DNA of 64,000 nucleotides, from contig JBMOPU010000012.1 in NCBI GenBank assembly GCA_049322955.1, positions 681,517 through 745,516 of the forward strand, given 5' to 3'. Below the pieces are notes generated by a model. That model was given only the letters and a program-made list of their open reading frames with translations. It had not been told where the DNA came from and searched no databases. Shown in pieces: positions 36,785-45,770 of this stretch. The translations under genes and the position numbers were made by a program. Origin of the DNA: Patescibacteria group bacterium. Lineage in GTDB: Bacteria > Patescibacteriota > Microgenomatia > UBA10105 > UBA927. Position 1 is the stretch's first letter; each line of letters opens with the position of its first letter.

Positions 36785-37102
36785 TCATGTTTCGTAAGTG
36801 TTTCGGGAAAAATCGACATGCGCTACGGGAACCTTATATTTTTTCAACATGCGAACGATGCGAACGTCAATAGGGTGCATATCATCAAATCGCCATACGA
36901 TAATCTCATGAGTCGGTTTTGCGGCGTCATGTTCCTTTGCTAATAGGGAGATCTCATCAGTAGCTCCCTGCCCAAACGGAATTCTCGGGAGAATTGTCCG
37001 CACAAACTGCGTTCTTTTCGACTGCTCAAGCGAGGCAAAACACGCGGGACAGAAACATCCCGCATATTTTGCCGTTTCTTTGCCGAAGGTGCGTATCGTC
37101 AT
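36785..37102 (-). CDS. Hypothetical protein with a CxxC pair
   Basis: 105-aa ORF tightly following rarA. No recognisable domain. Confidence 0.4.
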   Translation of the reverse strand: MTIRTFGKETAKYAGCFCPACFASLEQSKRTQFVRTILPRIPFGQGATDEISLLAKEHDAAKPTHEIIVWRFDDMHPIDVRIVRMLKKYKVPVAHVDFSRNTYET

Positions 37103-37121
37103 ACTCTCCCGAAGGAGACGG

Positions 37122-38237
37122 TTATTTTACTACTTCCTCCCACGGGAAACCAGCACGCCCGAAGTGTCCGTAGCGTGCCGTTTTAGCATAGATTGGACGG
37201 CGTAGTTTAAGCCCCGAAAGTATTCCAGGTACCGACATGTCAAGGAGCTTCCACGCAAACGCTTCGATGTCGGCAAGCGATTTCTTCTCGGTGCCGAAGG
37301 TTTCAATCGCTTTCCCCAACGGCTCACGTTGACCGATGACATACGCCACCCGTACTTCCACCCGATCGGCAAGACCGTGGGCAACGATGTTTTTCGCGAT
37401 AAAGCGTGCGGCATAGGCACCGCTTCGATCCACTTTCGTCGGATCCTTGCCGGAAAACGCGCCGCCGCCATGCCGGGAAAATCCGCCGTAGGTGTCGACG
37501 ATGATCTTTCTTCCCGTCACCCCGGTGTCGGAAGCGGGGCCGCCTATTTCCCACTTTCCCTTGCTCCCGTTCACGATGACATCGTCAAGGGAAGGCGGAC
37601 TCAGCTTGTATTTTTTCACGACGGGCTTTACCACTTTCTCGTACAATTTCTTTTTGAGTTCCGCATTGGTGATTTTCGGGTCATGGGGAACGGCCAGCAC
37701 GATCCGTTCAACCGCCACCGGCTTGTTGTTTTCATACCGCACCTTTACCTCGCTTTTGCCGTCGGGACGAAGGAACGGAAGTATTTTTTCCTCGCGTGCT
37801 TCATCCATCTTTTCAACGAGCCGATGTGACAACACCAGCGGAAGCGGCATGTATTCGGGCGTTTCATTGGTCGCGTAGCCGAACATCATCCCCTGATCGC
37901 CCGCTCCTCCTTCATCCACGCCGCCCGCGATATCGGGCGATTGCTCATGGATATAGACAGATATCGGCGACTTATACCAAAAACCGAACGCTTTGTTGGT
38001 GTATCCCAGGCTCTTTATTGTTTTTCGGGCTATTTTTTCGTAATCGAGTTTTTTCGTACAGGTTACCTCGCCCGCCAGCACGATTCGGTCGGTCGTGACT
38101 AACGTTTCCACCGCCACCCGTGCTTTGGGATCAACGGCGAGTGCGGCATCCACAATCGCATCCGATACCTGATCACAGATTTTGTCGGGATGACCGGACG
38201 CAACGGATTCCGAGGTAAAGTGGGTCGTTGTTTTCAT
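37122..38237 (-). CDS. metK: S-adenosylmethionine synthetase (start at internal Met, 371 aa)
   Basis: ESVASGHPDKICDQVSDAI N-terminus, GGGAFSGKDPTKVDRS P-loop region. GGAAAGG RBS upstream of the ATG at 38237. Confidence 0.9.
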   Translation of the reverse strand: MKTTTHFTSESVASGHPDKICDQVSDAIVDAALAVDPKARVAVETLVTTDRIVLAGEVTCTKKLDYEKIARKTIKSLGYTNKAFGFWYKSPISVYIHEQSPDIAGGVDEGGAGDQGMMFGYATNETPEYMPLPLVLSHRLVEKMDEAREEKILPFLRPDGKSEVKVRYENNKPVAVERIVLAVPHDPKITNAELKKKLYEKVVKPVVKKYKLSPPSLDDVIVNGSKGKWEIGGPASDTGVTGRKIIVDTYGGFSRHGGGAFSGKDPTKVDRSGAYAARFIAKNIVAHGLADRVEVRVAYVIGQREPLGKAIETFGTEKKSLADIEAFAWKLLDMSVPGILSGLKLRRPIYAKTARYGHFGRAGFPWEEVVK

Positions 38238-38264
38238 AACTCGCCTTTCCTGCCAAATGAAGTG

Positions 38265-38420
38265 AAACAAAATACCCCGCCAAGCGGGGTGAAGTTTTTC
38301 CCTACTGTTTGGCAAATCATTCCTCGCGAAGCGAGGACTCGTTGGGGCACCGCAGGTACATTTCCTCGGTTGCCGGATGGTTCACAGAGCGAGATCTCTC
38401 CCCACCACTCTTGATTTATT
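38265..38420 (-). ncRNA. SAM-I (S-box) riboswitch with intrinsic terminator in the metK 5' leader
   Basis: The leader reads AUCAAGAGUGGUGGGGAGAGA...CCGGCAACC...GGUGCcccAAcgagUCC...GAAUGAUUU. This matches the SAM-I P1/P2/P3/P4 conserved blocks. It is followed by the CCCCGC-UUGG-GCGGGG hairpin plus UAUUUUGUUU. Confidence 0.75.
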
Positions 38421-38499
38421 TACTTACTGACCAAGGTACTCTTTCTTCCGTTTATATGTCAAGAGATAATCAATGTTTGTTTACATATAACAATAAAAT

Positions 38500-38814
38500 T
38501 CATTTATGTGATTTAAGCCATGCTATTTCTTCATTATCGTTTCCCGCCATTACAATCATTACTACTTTTTTTGCCTCATAAATATCAAATAATATCCTGT
38601 CGCCCCCAGTAATTTCGTAACAAAATACTGAACCCTTTTTCTCAATTTTGCATAGTTCTGACCCATGAGTTGAACTAGGATAAGGATAATTTTCGAGAGT
38701 GGTTTTAAATCTATGCTTGACTGTCGGAGATAACCTCTTTAATAACTTTTTACATTTTTTTTGAACTTTTGCGGAAGCAAATCTAATCTCATACATGGAA
38801 GTAGTTAATCCCAA
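38500..38814 (-). CDS. RelE/ParE-superfamily toxin-like protein (third gene of the mini-island operon)
   Basis: 104 aa, basic. The C-terminal GGDRILFDIYEAKKVVMIVMAGNDNEE resembles the RelE/ParE beta-sheet core. A+T-rich. Confidence 0.4.
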   Translation of the reverse strand: MGLTTSMYEIRFASAKVQKKCKKLLKRLSPTVKHRFKTTLENYPYPSSTHGSELCKIEKKGSVFCYEITGGDRILFDIYEAKKVVMIVMAGNDNEEIAWLKSHK

Positions 38815-39038
38815 AACTTATCATCAGCCTTAGGATATGCCTCAGGATTTTTTTCAAAATCCTCTCTAATTCTTAAAATTTCAAGAACAAAGGCAGATGA
38901 TGTGTATAGACTATCAGAATCTTCCACAGATTGAGTTGTTCTACATTCAAAAAAGTAGTCTGGAACAAGAGATGTATAAGCACTTTCTGTGCTTTCAAAT
39001 ATTTTTTTCGCTAATCTGTAATCGATCTGAGTAGGCAT
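38805..39038 (-). CDS. Hypothetical 77-aa acidic protein (candidate antitoxin or partner)
   Basis: Overlaps the downstream gene by 10 nt and abuts the upstream gene. No motif recognised. Confidence 0.35.
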   Translation of the reverse strand: MPTQIDYRLAKKIFESTESAYTSLVPDYFFECRTTQSVEDSDSLYTSSAFVLEILRIREDFEKNPEAYPKADDKFWD

Positions 39039-39039
39039 A

Positions 39040-39306
39040 TTAATTACTACCTTTCTTCTTTAGTTCATGTTGTTTCATAGTTTCCAATATTACTTTTGCT
39101 AAATTTTCACCAGATGACAAAGGCAAAGTAATTCGTGATACTACCTGCCCCTTAGTCTTTTCTCTTGGATTTATATATACAAATTCGATTGTTATATCTA
39201 CATCCGTAACCGTAACACTTGCTATCTGAGCATATACACTACCTATAACTGTCGCACCATTGACATCTATATTGATAGCTTCCATTTTCTTTGATTCTTT
39301 AATCAT
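39040..39306 (-). CDS. Hypothetical 88-aa protein (DUF3467-like by eye)
   Basis: First gene of the A+T-rich three-gene operon. The VYAQIASVTVTDVDITIEFVYINP pattern is reminiscent of DUF3467. Uncertain. Confidence 0.35.
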   Translation of the reverse strand: MIKESKKMEAINIDVNGATVIGSVYAQIASVTVTDVDITIEFVYINPREKTKGQVVSRITLPLSSGENLAKVILETMKQHELKKKGSN

Positions 39307-39399
39307 AATCTATATATTTATATAACTATAATCAGCGTATATAGTATAACAGAAAAAGTCAACTGCTTATCACTAAATGGATTGATGTGGCAATCCAAA

Positions 39400-40692
39400 C
39401 TAATCTATAACCTGATATTTTATTTGTTCAGAAAATTCCACCTCCGGTAACCCCTGTACTCCCCCAAACGAAATTCTATCCAGCACCCGTTGCTCCATAT
39501 TTGCCATACGGGCGGGATAAATGGCAAAGTCCCCGAACCTATCCTGAATGGCATCTACGGCACGGGTAACGAGCAGTTTTTTGTTTTCTTCCGGAAAGAG
39601 CGATACCTGGGTACTGTCGTTTCGGTGTAACGCATAACAATACACGGCAAGCATCTTGACGTCCTTTTCGGGTGCGTGGGTAAGCATCCGGCGCATTTCG
39701 GTATAGAACTCAAGATCGGCACTCATGGCATATGACTTCTTCTCCTGGGTATGCCAATGGGTGTGATCGAAAAACATGGTGGAAATGCCGACCCCGTAGG
39801 CGCAAAACCCGTCTTTTCGGAGTCTCCTGGCCATTTTCATAGTGAGTTGGGCAAGTATCTGCCAAAGCCGCGCGTCGCGGGTACCTCGCGCGGTTCCCAA
39901 TACATAGGATTGCCCGAAACTTTTTTGGTCTTCTTCTTCGCTACTGCCAAATGCCTTGTACCTGCCGCCGTCTTCGTATCCGTGAAGCCTCAACCACCAG
40001 TGCAGTCCCGTCACCGAACGGAATGCCCGTCTTAAGCTAATGGCACTCGCCCGATACAACTCGAGCGGGGTGGTAATTCCTGCCGCGATAAGCCGGGAAC
40101 TATTTCCCTGTTTGATCCCGCAAAAGTCGGTAAGCGTCATCCGCGAAAAGGTCTCGACGATGTTTTCTTTCGTAATTGTTACTAACCCGTCGGGTTTTTG
40201 TAAGCCTGAAGCCACTTTTGCAAGATACCGATTGGGGGCAATGCCGCACGAAACGGTAATCCACTCCCCGATTTCATTTTTTATCCGCGCTTTAATCTCG
40301 CGTGCCACCTCTTCCATGGTATGCGTGGTAAGGATCGGCGCACCGTATAGGCTCATGACCATTTCATCAATCGATTCGACGCTGATATCGGCAGTGTAGG
40401 ATCGTAACAATCCGAGAAGTTTTCGGTTCACGATACGGTATTTCGGCGGATCGGGGGGTAACACCATCACCCGGGGATATATCTTTTTGGCTTCCCCCAC
40501 ATACATCCCGGTTTTGATCCCCAATACTTTTGCTTCGCGGGAGGCGGCCAAAATACAACCGTAGTCTTTGACATAAGCCGCCACCACCGTGGGCTTATGG
40601 CGAAGGAGCGGATTGGCCTGCTGTTCCACCGTGGCAAAGCACGAATTGATATCAACATGCATCATGCAAGGAGGAATCGGATTAAAGTCCAT
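39400..40692 (-). CDS. dinB: DNA polymerase IV (Y-family translesion polymerase)
   Basis: MHVDINSCFATVE catalytic N-terminus (DxD...SIDE), little-finger domain. 430 aa. Confidence 0.85.
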   Translation of the reverse strand: MDFNPIPPCMMHVDINSCFATVEQQANPLLRHKPTVVAAYVKDYGCILAASREAKVLGIKTGMYVGEAKKIYPRVMVLPPDPPKYRIVNRKLLGLLRSYTADISVESIDEMVMSLYGAPILTTHTMEEVAREIKARIKNEIGEWITVSCGIAPNRYLAKVASGLQKPDGLVTITKENIVETFSRMTLTDFCGIKQGNSSRLIAAGITTPLELYRASAISLRRAFRSVTGLHWWLRLHGYEDGGRYKAFGSSEEEDQKSFGQSYVLGTARGTRDARLWQILAQLTMKMARRLRKDGFCAYGVGISTMFFDHTHWHTQEKKSYAMSADLEFYTEMRRMLTHAPEKDVKMLAVYCYALHRNDSTQVSLFPEENKKLLVTRAVDAIQDRFGDFAIYPARMANMEQRVLDRISFGGVQGLPEVEFSEQIKYQVID

Positions 40693-40697
40693 ATGGA

Positions 40698-40955
40698 TTA
40701 ATGAATGCTTGTTTCCACTTCAACCAGTGTCCATGCCAGACTTTGACTGTCCATAACGAGTTTAAAGAAGGTCGTACCGTCGCTTACCGAAAAGATGTGA
40801 AACAACCGTCTTCCTTCCCACACGGTATGGTGTAATCCTATGGTGGTAATGTGGTACTGTCGGCCTTTCCAGTAGATGCTGTAGGGGAGCACTTTTCGGG
40901 TTTTATGATTGCTCCACAGTGTCACGGATACGGGTTCATTGATGGTTTCAGGCAT
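40698..40955 (-). CDS. Hypothetical 85-aa protein co-transcribed immediately upstream of dinB
   Basis: 5-nt gap to dinB. Resembles small accessory ORFs found with Y-family polymerases, but no motif was confirmed. Confidence 0.45.
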   Translation of the reverse strand: MPETINEPVSVTLWSNHKTRKVLPYSIYWKGRQYHITTIGLHHTVWEGRRLFHIFSVSDGTTFFKLVMDSQSLAWTLVEVETSIH

Positions 40956-41045
40956 AGCAAAACCATAATAAACCCGAAAATAGGTAAGGTCAACTGGATA
41001 GAACTATAGCAAATTATACGAAATATACCCGAAAATGTACCGCCA

Positions 41046-41891
41046 TTAAAAATGCACCTCGGTATTCGGAAGCAGGGTCCGAATCCGATCAATCTCTCCC
41101 GCTTCCAACGGATTGTCCTCAAGATAGAGATCGGTAAGATTGGTGAGACTGCGTATGCTGTCGGGAAGGCGGGTGATACGGTTTTCTGAAAGCTGAAGAA
41201 TGGTAAGCGAGGACAATTGCCCTATTTCAGGAGGAATTGAGCTGATACGGTTGCCGTAGAGGAACAGATGTTCCAAATTGGAAAGGGCACCGATACCCGC
41301 GGGCACTTCGGTAATCATATTCCTGCTCATATCAAGTGCTATGAGATTTTGTAACGCCAAAATATCGGGAGGAATAACGCGAAAATTATTGGTGGAAAGC
41401 GAAACATGCGTGAGGCTTTGGAGAAGGTGCAGGGTCGAAGGCACGCTGACCAGGTCGTTCCTGTTGGCCTGCAAAACCTTAAGATTTTTAATGGTTGCAA
41501 TATCCGAGGGCAATGCGCCGATGGCGCTTCCCACCCGCGGGGCATCCATGACCACTTCTCCCTGTGTTTCATCCGCCCATCCTTCTGACCGGGGGGAAAG
41601 ATACAACGCGCAGGTTCTGGAAACATCCGATGCCGCTTCCTGAAACGTATAGGCAATATCGGCTTCGGGACAAAGCGGTGCAGACGTGGGCTTCGGAGTC
41701 GGCATCAGTTGGGTATTTGCGACGGGCGCCTGAGTGGAGGGCGTATTGCGTCGGGAGAGCACGATACCGAAAACGACCGCCATGCAAATCGCGTACACGG
41801 CAAGGAGCGATAGGATGACCATTGCCCGCTTGTCACTCTGCTGATTCTGCTGAGGCGACATGTCTGCGGTATAGGGCGGTATTGTTTCCAT
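41046..41891 (-). CDS. Leucine-rich-repeat protein with N-terminal membrane anchor
   Basis: Nine or more LxxLxLxxNxL repeats (LQNLIALDMSRNMITEVP, LSNLEHLFLYGNRISSIP ...). Single TM near the N-terminus. Confidence 0.7.
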   Translation of the reverse strand: METIPPYTADMSPQQNQQSDKRAMVILSLLAVYAICMAVVFGIVLSRRNTPSTQAPVANTQLMPTPKPTSAPLCPEADIAYTFQEAASDVSRTCALYLSPRSEGWADETQGEVVMDAPRVGSAIGALPSDIATIKNLKVLQANRNDLVSVPSTLHLLQSLTHVSLSTNNFRVIPPDILALQNLIALDMSRNMITEVPAGIGALSNLEHLFLYGNRISSIPPEIGQLSSLTILQLSENRITRLPDSIRSLTNLTDLYLEDNPLEAGEIDRIRTLLPNTEVHF

Positions 41892-41900
41892 ATCTCTAGC

Positions 41901-43529
41901 TTACAGCGCTTTCACAGGATTTAACATATAGTCCCACCAGTCATTTTGTTTTCCGTCGGGTCCGATACCCGCAAATTGCGGGAAGTGCGAAAACCAATAG
42001 CCGAAAAAGCCGATATCCGTGCAATTCCAGGTGCGGCAATCAATGCTCTCTGCCTGAATGTTTGCAACGGGTGCCAATTCGGGGTAATTCAAAAAGTCGT
42101 CGCACATGGTGAGTTTCATGGCCATATTCGAGTAGTCGTAATCGACCGGAGCATTCGGCGGAAAGTGCGTGGTGCCGCACCCGCTGAACGCGTAACTGGT
42201 CGCTTTTGCCTGCACCAGGGCAAATCGGTCAAAGTTGGTATAGATACGGCTTCTCGCCCACGATGTATAGACTTTGAGCATGGTGTATTCGGCACGATGA
42301 CCGAAGTCGTGAATCATCTCGGGGAGTCCACGTTCGAAGTTATACCCCATAATCGGCATGGGGCGAGTACACGTACTCCCTGTCACAATCGGAGAGTTAT
42401 ACCAAAACGCATTGGTCCCCGCGAGTCGGGATTCGTAAAACCCGAACCATGAGCCGCCGAACATCCATAACTCATCTATCTCGCCGGCATTAAATGCCTC
42501 GCACGCCGCGGTTTCCGTGAGAATCGTGTTGTAATTCGCCCATACGGGTTCATGCACGGGGGTATCACCGGTAATCATGGAATGATACGTCGTATCGGTG
42601 TAGGCAAAACCGTCCGTGAGCGTCGGGTACTTATTGAGCACCGTTTGTTTGGTCAGCACATAATTGACTCGTCCGTTGGTAAGTGACTTAAACCACGCGA
42701 TAGCTTGGTTGGTAAGCGCATACGGATCATTGGAACCGTAAAAGCTGATGTGATTTTGATTCGGACCGAATGCCGCGGATAACTGCGGGTTATAGATCAC
42801 AAGATAAATCTTTTTCGTAATGGGTGCTCCGACGGGCATGGGCGTAGCCGTCGGCGTGGGAGCAATAGTCGGCGTCGGAGACACGGTGGGGGTAGGTGGT
42901 GTCGTGGGAACTGCTGTAGGAGGAACGGGTACCGGGGTTGCGGTGGGAGTAAGCGGTACCGTAACGTTCTCCGTACCAGAACCGCCCCCGTCGCCGACGG
43001 AAACCGGGGCGTCGGCAATGACGGTGGTCGCATTGTTGGTCATACAGTGGTAACACCCCTCAGGAGGACAGGTTGCCGCACTGTTGCCATAGCGGTCATA
43101 TGCGGTTGCGACATCATTTTTCATAATTTTTGACTCCGGGATAAAACAGAGCCGCAAGACGGATCCGTCGGTCGATGCGGTAAGGGTTATTTTGGCAAGA
43201 TCATTACGGGAAACTTTAGTAAATGCCTGCGATAACTCCCCCGCGGCAATGAGTGCGGCAATCGCCTGTTCACCCTCGGTACTTGCCAATGTCACGCCGT
43301 TTAGATCGCTTTTCCAAGGATAATTGCCGCTTTTAATCGAGAGGTTGGTGACGGCACTATACATGTCGGCGGCCACCGTACGACGAACCGTATCCGTACC
43401 TTTTTTGACTTGTTCAAAGGGATTTACCGCGACAATAAGCAATAGGGTAATAACGCCGAAGATGGCAAAAGCGACCAGTAGCTCGAGAAGACTAAACCCC
43501 TTAGATAATTTCGCGGCAGAAAACGGCAT
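41901..43529 (-). CDS. Large type-IV-pilin-like (prepilin N-terminal methylation motif) protein with a Pro/Thr-rich linker
   Basis: KGFSLLELLVAFAIFGV class III signal/pilin N-terminus. TPTATPVPVPPTAVPTTPPTPT linker. About 300-aa C-terminal globular domain. Confidence 0.65.
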   Translation of the reverse strand: MPFSAAKLSKGFSLLELLVAFAIFGVITLLLIVAVNPFEQVKKGTDTVRRTVAADMYSAVTNLSIKSGNYPWKSDLNGVTLASTEGEQAIAALIAAGELSQAFTKVSRNDLAKITLTASTDGSVLRLCFIPESKIMKNDVATAYDRYGNSAATCPPEGCYHCMTNNATTVIADAPVSVGDGGGSGTENVTVPLTPTATPVPVPPTAVPTTPPTPTVSPTPTIAPTPTATPMPVGAPITKKIYLVIYNPQLSAAFGPNQNHISFYGSNDPYALTNQAIAWFKSLTNGRVNYVLTKQTVLNKYPTLTDGFAYTDTTYHSMITGDTPVHEPVWANYNTILTETAACEAFNAGEIDELWMFGGSWFGFYESRLAGTNAFWYNSPIVTGSTCTRPMPIMGYNFERGLPEMIHDFGHRAEYTMLKVYTSWARSRIYTNFDRFALVQAKATSYAFSGCGTTHFPPNAPVDYDYSNMAMKLTMCDDFLNYPELAPVANIQAESIDCRTWNCTDIGFFGYWFSHFPQFAGIGPDGKQNDWWDYMLNPVKAL

Positions 43530-43642
43530 ACACTTCTCGTAGTGTAGTTAATACACAAAGAAAAATACAGTGCACCGTTACTGGCTCTGTTGAAATACAA
43601 TTATTTTCTGCGGGGATGTTCCGTAGGCGCGAAAATCGGCGG

Positions 43643-43960
43643 TTACTGAAGTTTGTCAGGCGCTTTCTTCCAACGGGATGGAAGGAGTGCAATGGGAAAA
43701 TCGGAAAGGATGTGGACGCCTTTTCGTCTGGCGCGACCGGATGATTCTATGCCGGCTTTTTGCATGAGTTCTTCCGCGGTAACCGCGGCTCCAGGGCGAA
43801 CAATCGGCACAACTACTCCGTCTCGCGTTCCTATTGCGATAACATCGTCGGATTCATCCACATGGACGGCCATATCACCCGTTTGGTTGTGTTTTAAATA
43901 GTACTCTATCGCTTCTTTTATGCTAAATCCCATATGCGCAATTTTATCAAATTGTGTCAA
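43643..43960 (-). CDS. Hypothetical protein
   Basis: 105-aa ORF. No motif. Confidence 0.3.
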   Translation of the reverse strand: MTQFDKIAHMGFSIKEAIEYYLKHNQTGDMAVHVDESDDVIAIGTRDGVVVPIVRPGAAVTAEELMQKAGIESSGRARRKGVHILSDFPIALLPSRWKKAPDKLQ

Positions 43961-44152
43961 AAATTTGTAAATTGTCAGCCTTTTTGCTATACTAACGTTT
44001 GCAGTTTGTATTGAAACAATACATCTGCTTATTAGGTTAACAGTTTGAGAAGTTGAGAGAAAAAACGCCCCGATCTATATTGTTATATCCTGCGTCTTTT
44101 CCCCTTTTCAGGTTTTTTTCATGACATAAGCAGTTATTTTGTTTCAATACGG

Positions 44153-45391
44153 TTGTTTCCCTATATGTATAAGAAAAATATCCGATCGTTTCGTCCTTCA
44201 GGTAATTTTCGCGGCGGTCGCAGTCGCGGACCCGGCGGGAGTGGTGACAACCGCGGCGGAAGGCATATGCGCACGGTTCCCAAAAACGTGATTCTTTCCG
44301 TTATCGAGCGAAGCCAGACTCGTGCGGAGTCCGTGATCTTTGAACCCGAGGCTATTACCCACACGTTCGCTGATTTTGCGCTTGATCCCCGACTTGCGGA
44401 TGCCATCACGGAAAAAGGCTTTCTCACCCCGACTCCTATCCAAGATAAGGCGATCCCTGCAATTTTAGCCGGCAAAGATCTTATCGGAACGGCAAATACG
44501 GGTACGGGCAAAACCGCCGCATTCTTGATACCGCTTATTCACAAAATGTCCCAAAACCGCAATGAACGAGCGCTGGTTATCGCGCCCACCCGGGAGCTTG
44601 CGGTGCAGATTAATCAGGAATTTCGGGATTTGGCGCGCAGAGTAGGGTTACGAAGCACCATGCTTATCGGCGGGGCGAATGAATGGCGTCAACGTCAGGA
44701 TCTGCGCAACACCCCCAATCTGGTGGTCGCTACCCCCGGACGACTCAAGGATTTTATCGGCGCGGGATTCATCAGACTTTCTGATTTTGCCAATGTGGTA
44801 TTGGATGAAGCGGACCGTATGGTGGACATAGGGTTTATCAGCGAAATCAAATACTTTATCTCCCTGCTTCCCGAAAAACGGCAGTCGTTGTTTTTCTCCG
44901 CGACCATATCCGGCAAAGTCGGGGAAATTCTCAGAGACTTCGTAAAGAACCCCGTGCATGTCTCGGTAAAGAAAGAAGATACCGCAACGACCATACGACA
45001 GGAAGCGGTACGTATCACCCGTGATGTGCCGAAAATCGAAGTCTTGCATGATCTTCTCAACAAAAAGGAATTTGACAAGGTATTAATCTTCGGGCGTACC
45101 AAATGGGGCGTCCAGAAGCTTTCCGATGAGCTGGAGCGGCGCGGTTTCCGGGCCAGTGCCATACACGGGAATAAGCGGCAGAACCAACGCCAGTTCGTAC
45201 TGGAACAGTTTAAGCGAAGTCAGATTCAGGTGCTTCTTGCTACCGACGTGGCAAGCCGGGGATTGGATATCCCGGATGTGTCGCATGTCATCAACTATGA
45301 CCTTCCCGAAACGCTGGAAGACTACATCCATCGCATCGGTCGGACCGGGCGGGCAAACAAACGGGGCATTGCGTTAACCTTCATCGAATAA
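44153..45391 (+). CDS. DEAD-box ATP-dependent RNA helicase with N-terminal RGG-rich tail
   Basis: Q-motif (FADFAL...TPIQ), Walker A ANTGTGKT, DEAD (VLDEADRM), SAT, HRIGRTGR. Confidence 0.85.
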   Translation: MFPYMYKKNIRSFRPSGNFRGGRSRGPGGSGDNRGGRHMRTVPKNVILSVIERSQTRAESVIFEPEAITHTFADFALDPRLADAITEKGFLTPTPIQDKAIPAILAGKDLIGTANTGTGKTAAFLIPLIHKMSQNRNERALVIAPTRELAVQINQEFRDLARRVGLRSTMLIGGANEWRQRQDLRNTPNLVVATPGRLKDFIGAGFIRLSDFANVVLDEADRMVDIGFISEIKYFISLLPEKRQSLFFSATISGKVGEILRDFVKNPVHVSVKKEDTATTIRQEAVRITRDVPKIEVLHDLLNKKEFDKVLIFGRTKWGVQKLSDELERRGFRASAIHGNKRQNQRQFVLEQFKRSQIQVLLATDVASRGLDIPDVSHVINYDLPETLEDYIHRIGRTGRANKRGIALTFIE

Positions 45392-45715
45392 TTCCGCCGT
45401 TTGCTTTTGTGCGATATACTACTTCCTAGGTAACGGTTTGCCTCCATACGATGCCGGAACAAACGTCAGAACTAGCCGCGTTTCGTTGGTACCACCCGCT
45501 TTGGTACCGAAGCGGCATTCGCGCAAGATCATTGCTTTCCCGCCTTCGCGAATACGGAGTCCATGATCCCGTCCACGGGATGCTTCCCGACCGTCGCCCG
45601 CTTCCCTCGGCATGGACGCTCGGCGTAACGCTTATTTGCAACAAAGCGGAGCGCGGTATTACCTGGTTTGTTGAGGATTATCTCACTGGCATGCTGACGG
45701 GAAAACAATAATACC

Positions 45716-45750
45716 CACAAAAAGCCCCGCTTTCGCGGGACTTTTTCCCT
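45716..45750. terminator. Bidirectional intrinsic terminator between the convergent helicase and csp genes
   Basis: CCCCGC-TTTC-GCGGG hairpin flanked by an A-tract on one side and a T-tract on the other. Confidence 0.55.
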
Positions 45751-45770
45751 CGCGGAGCGAGGTAGTTGCG

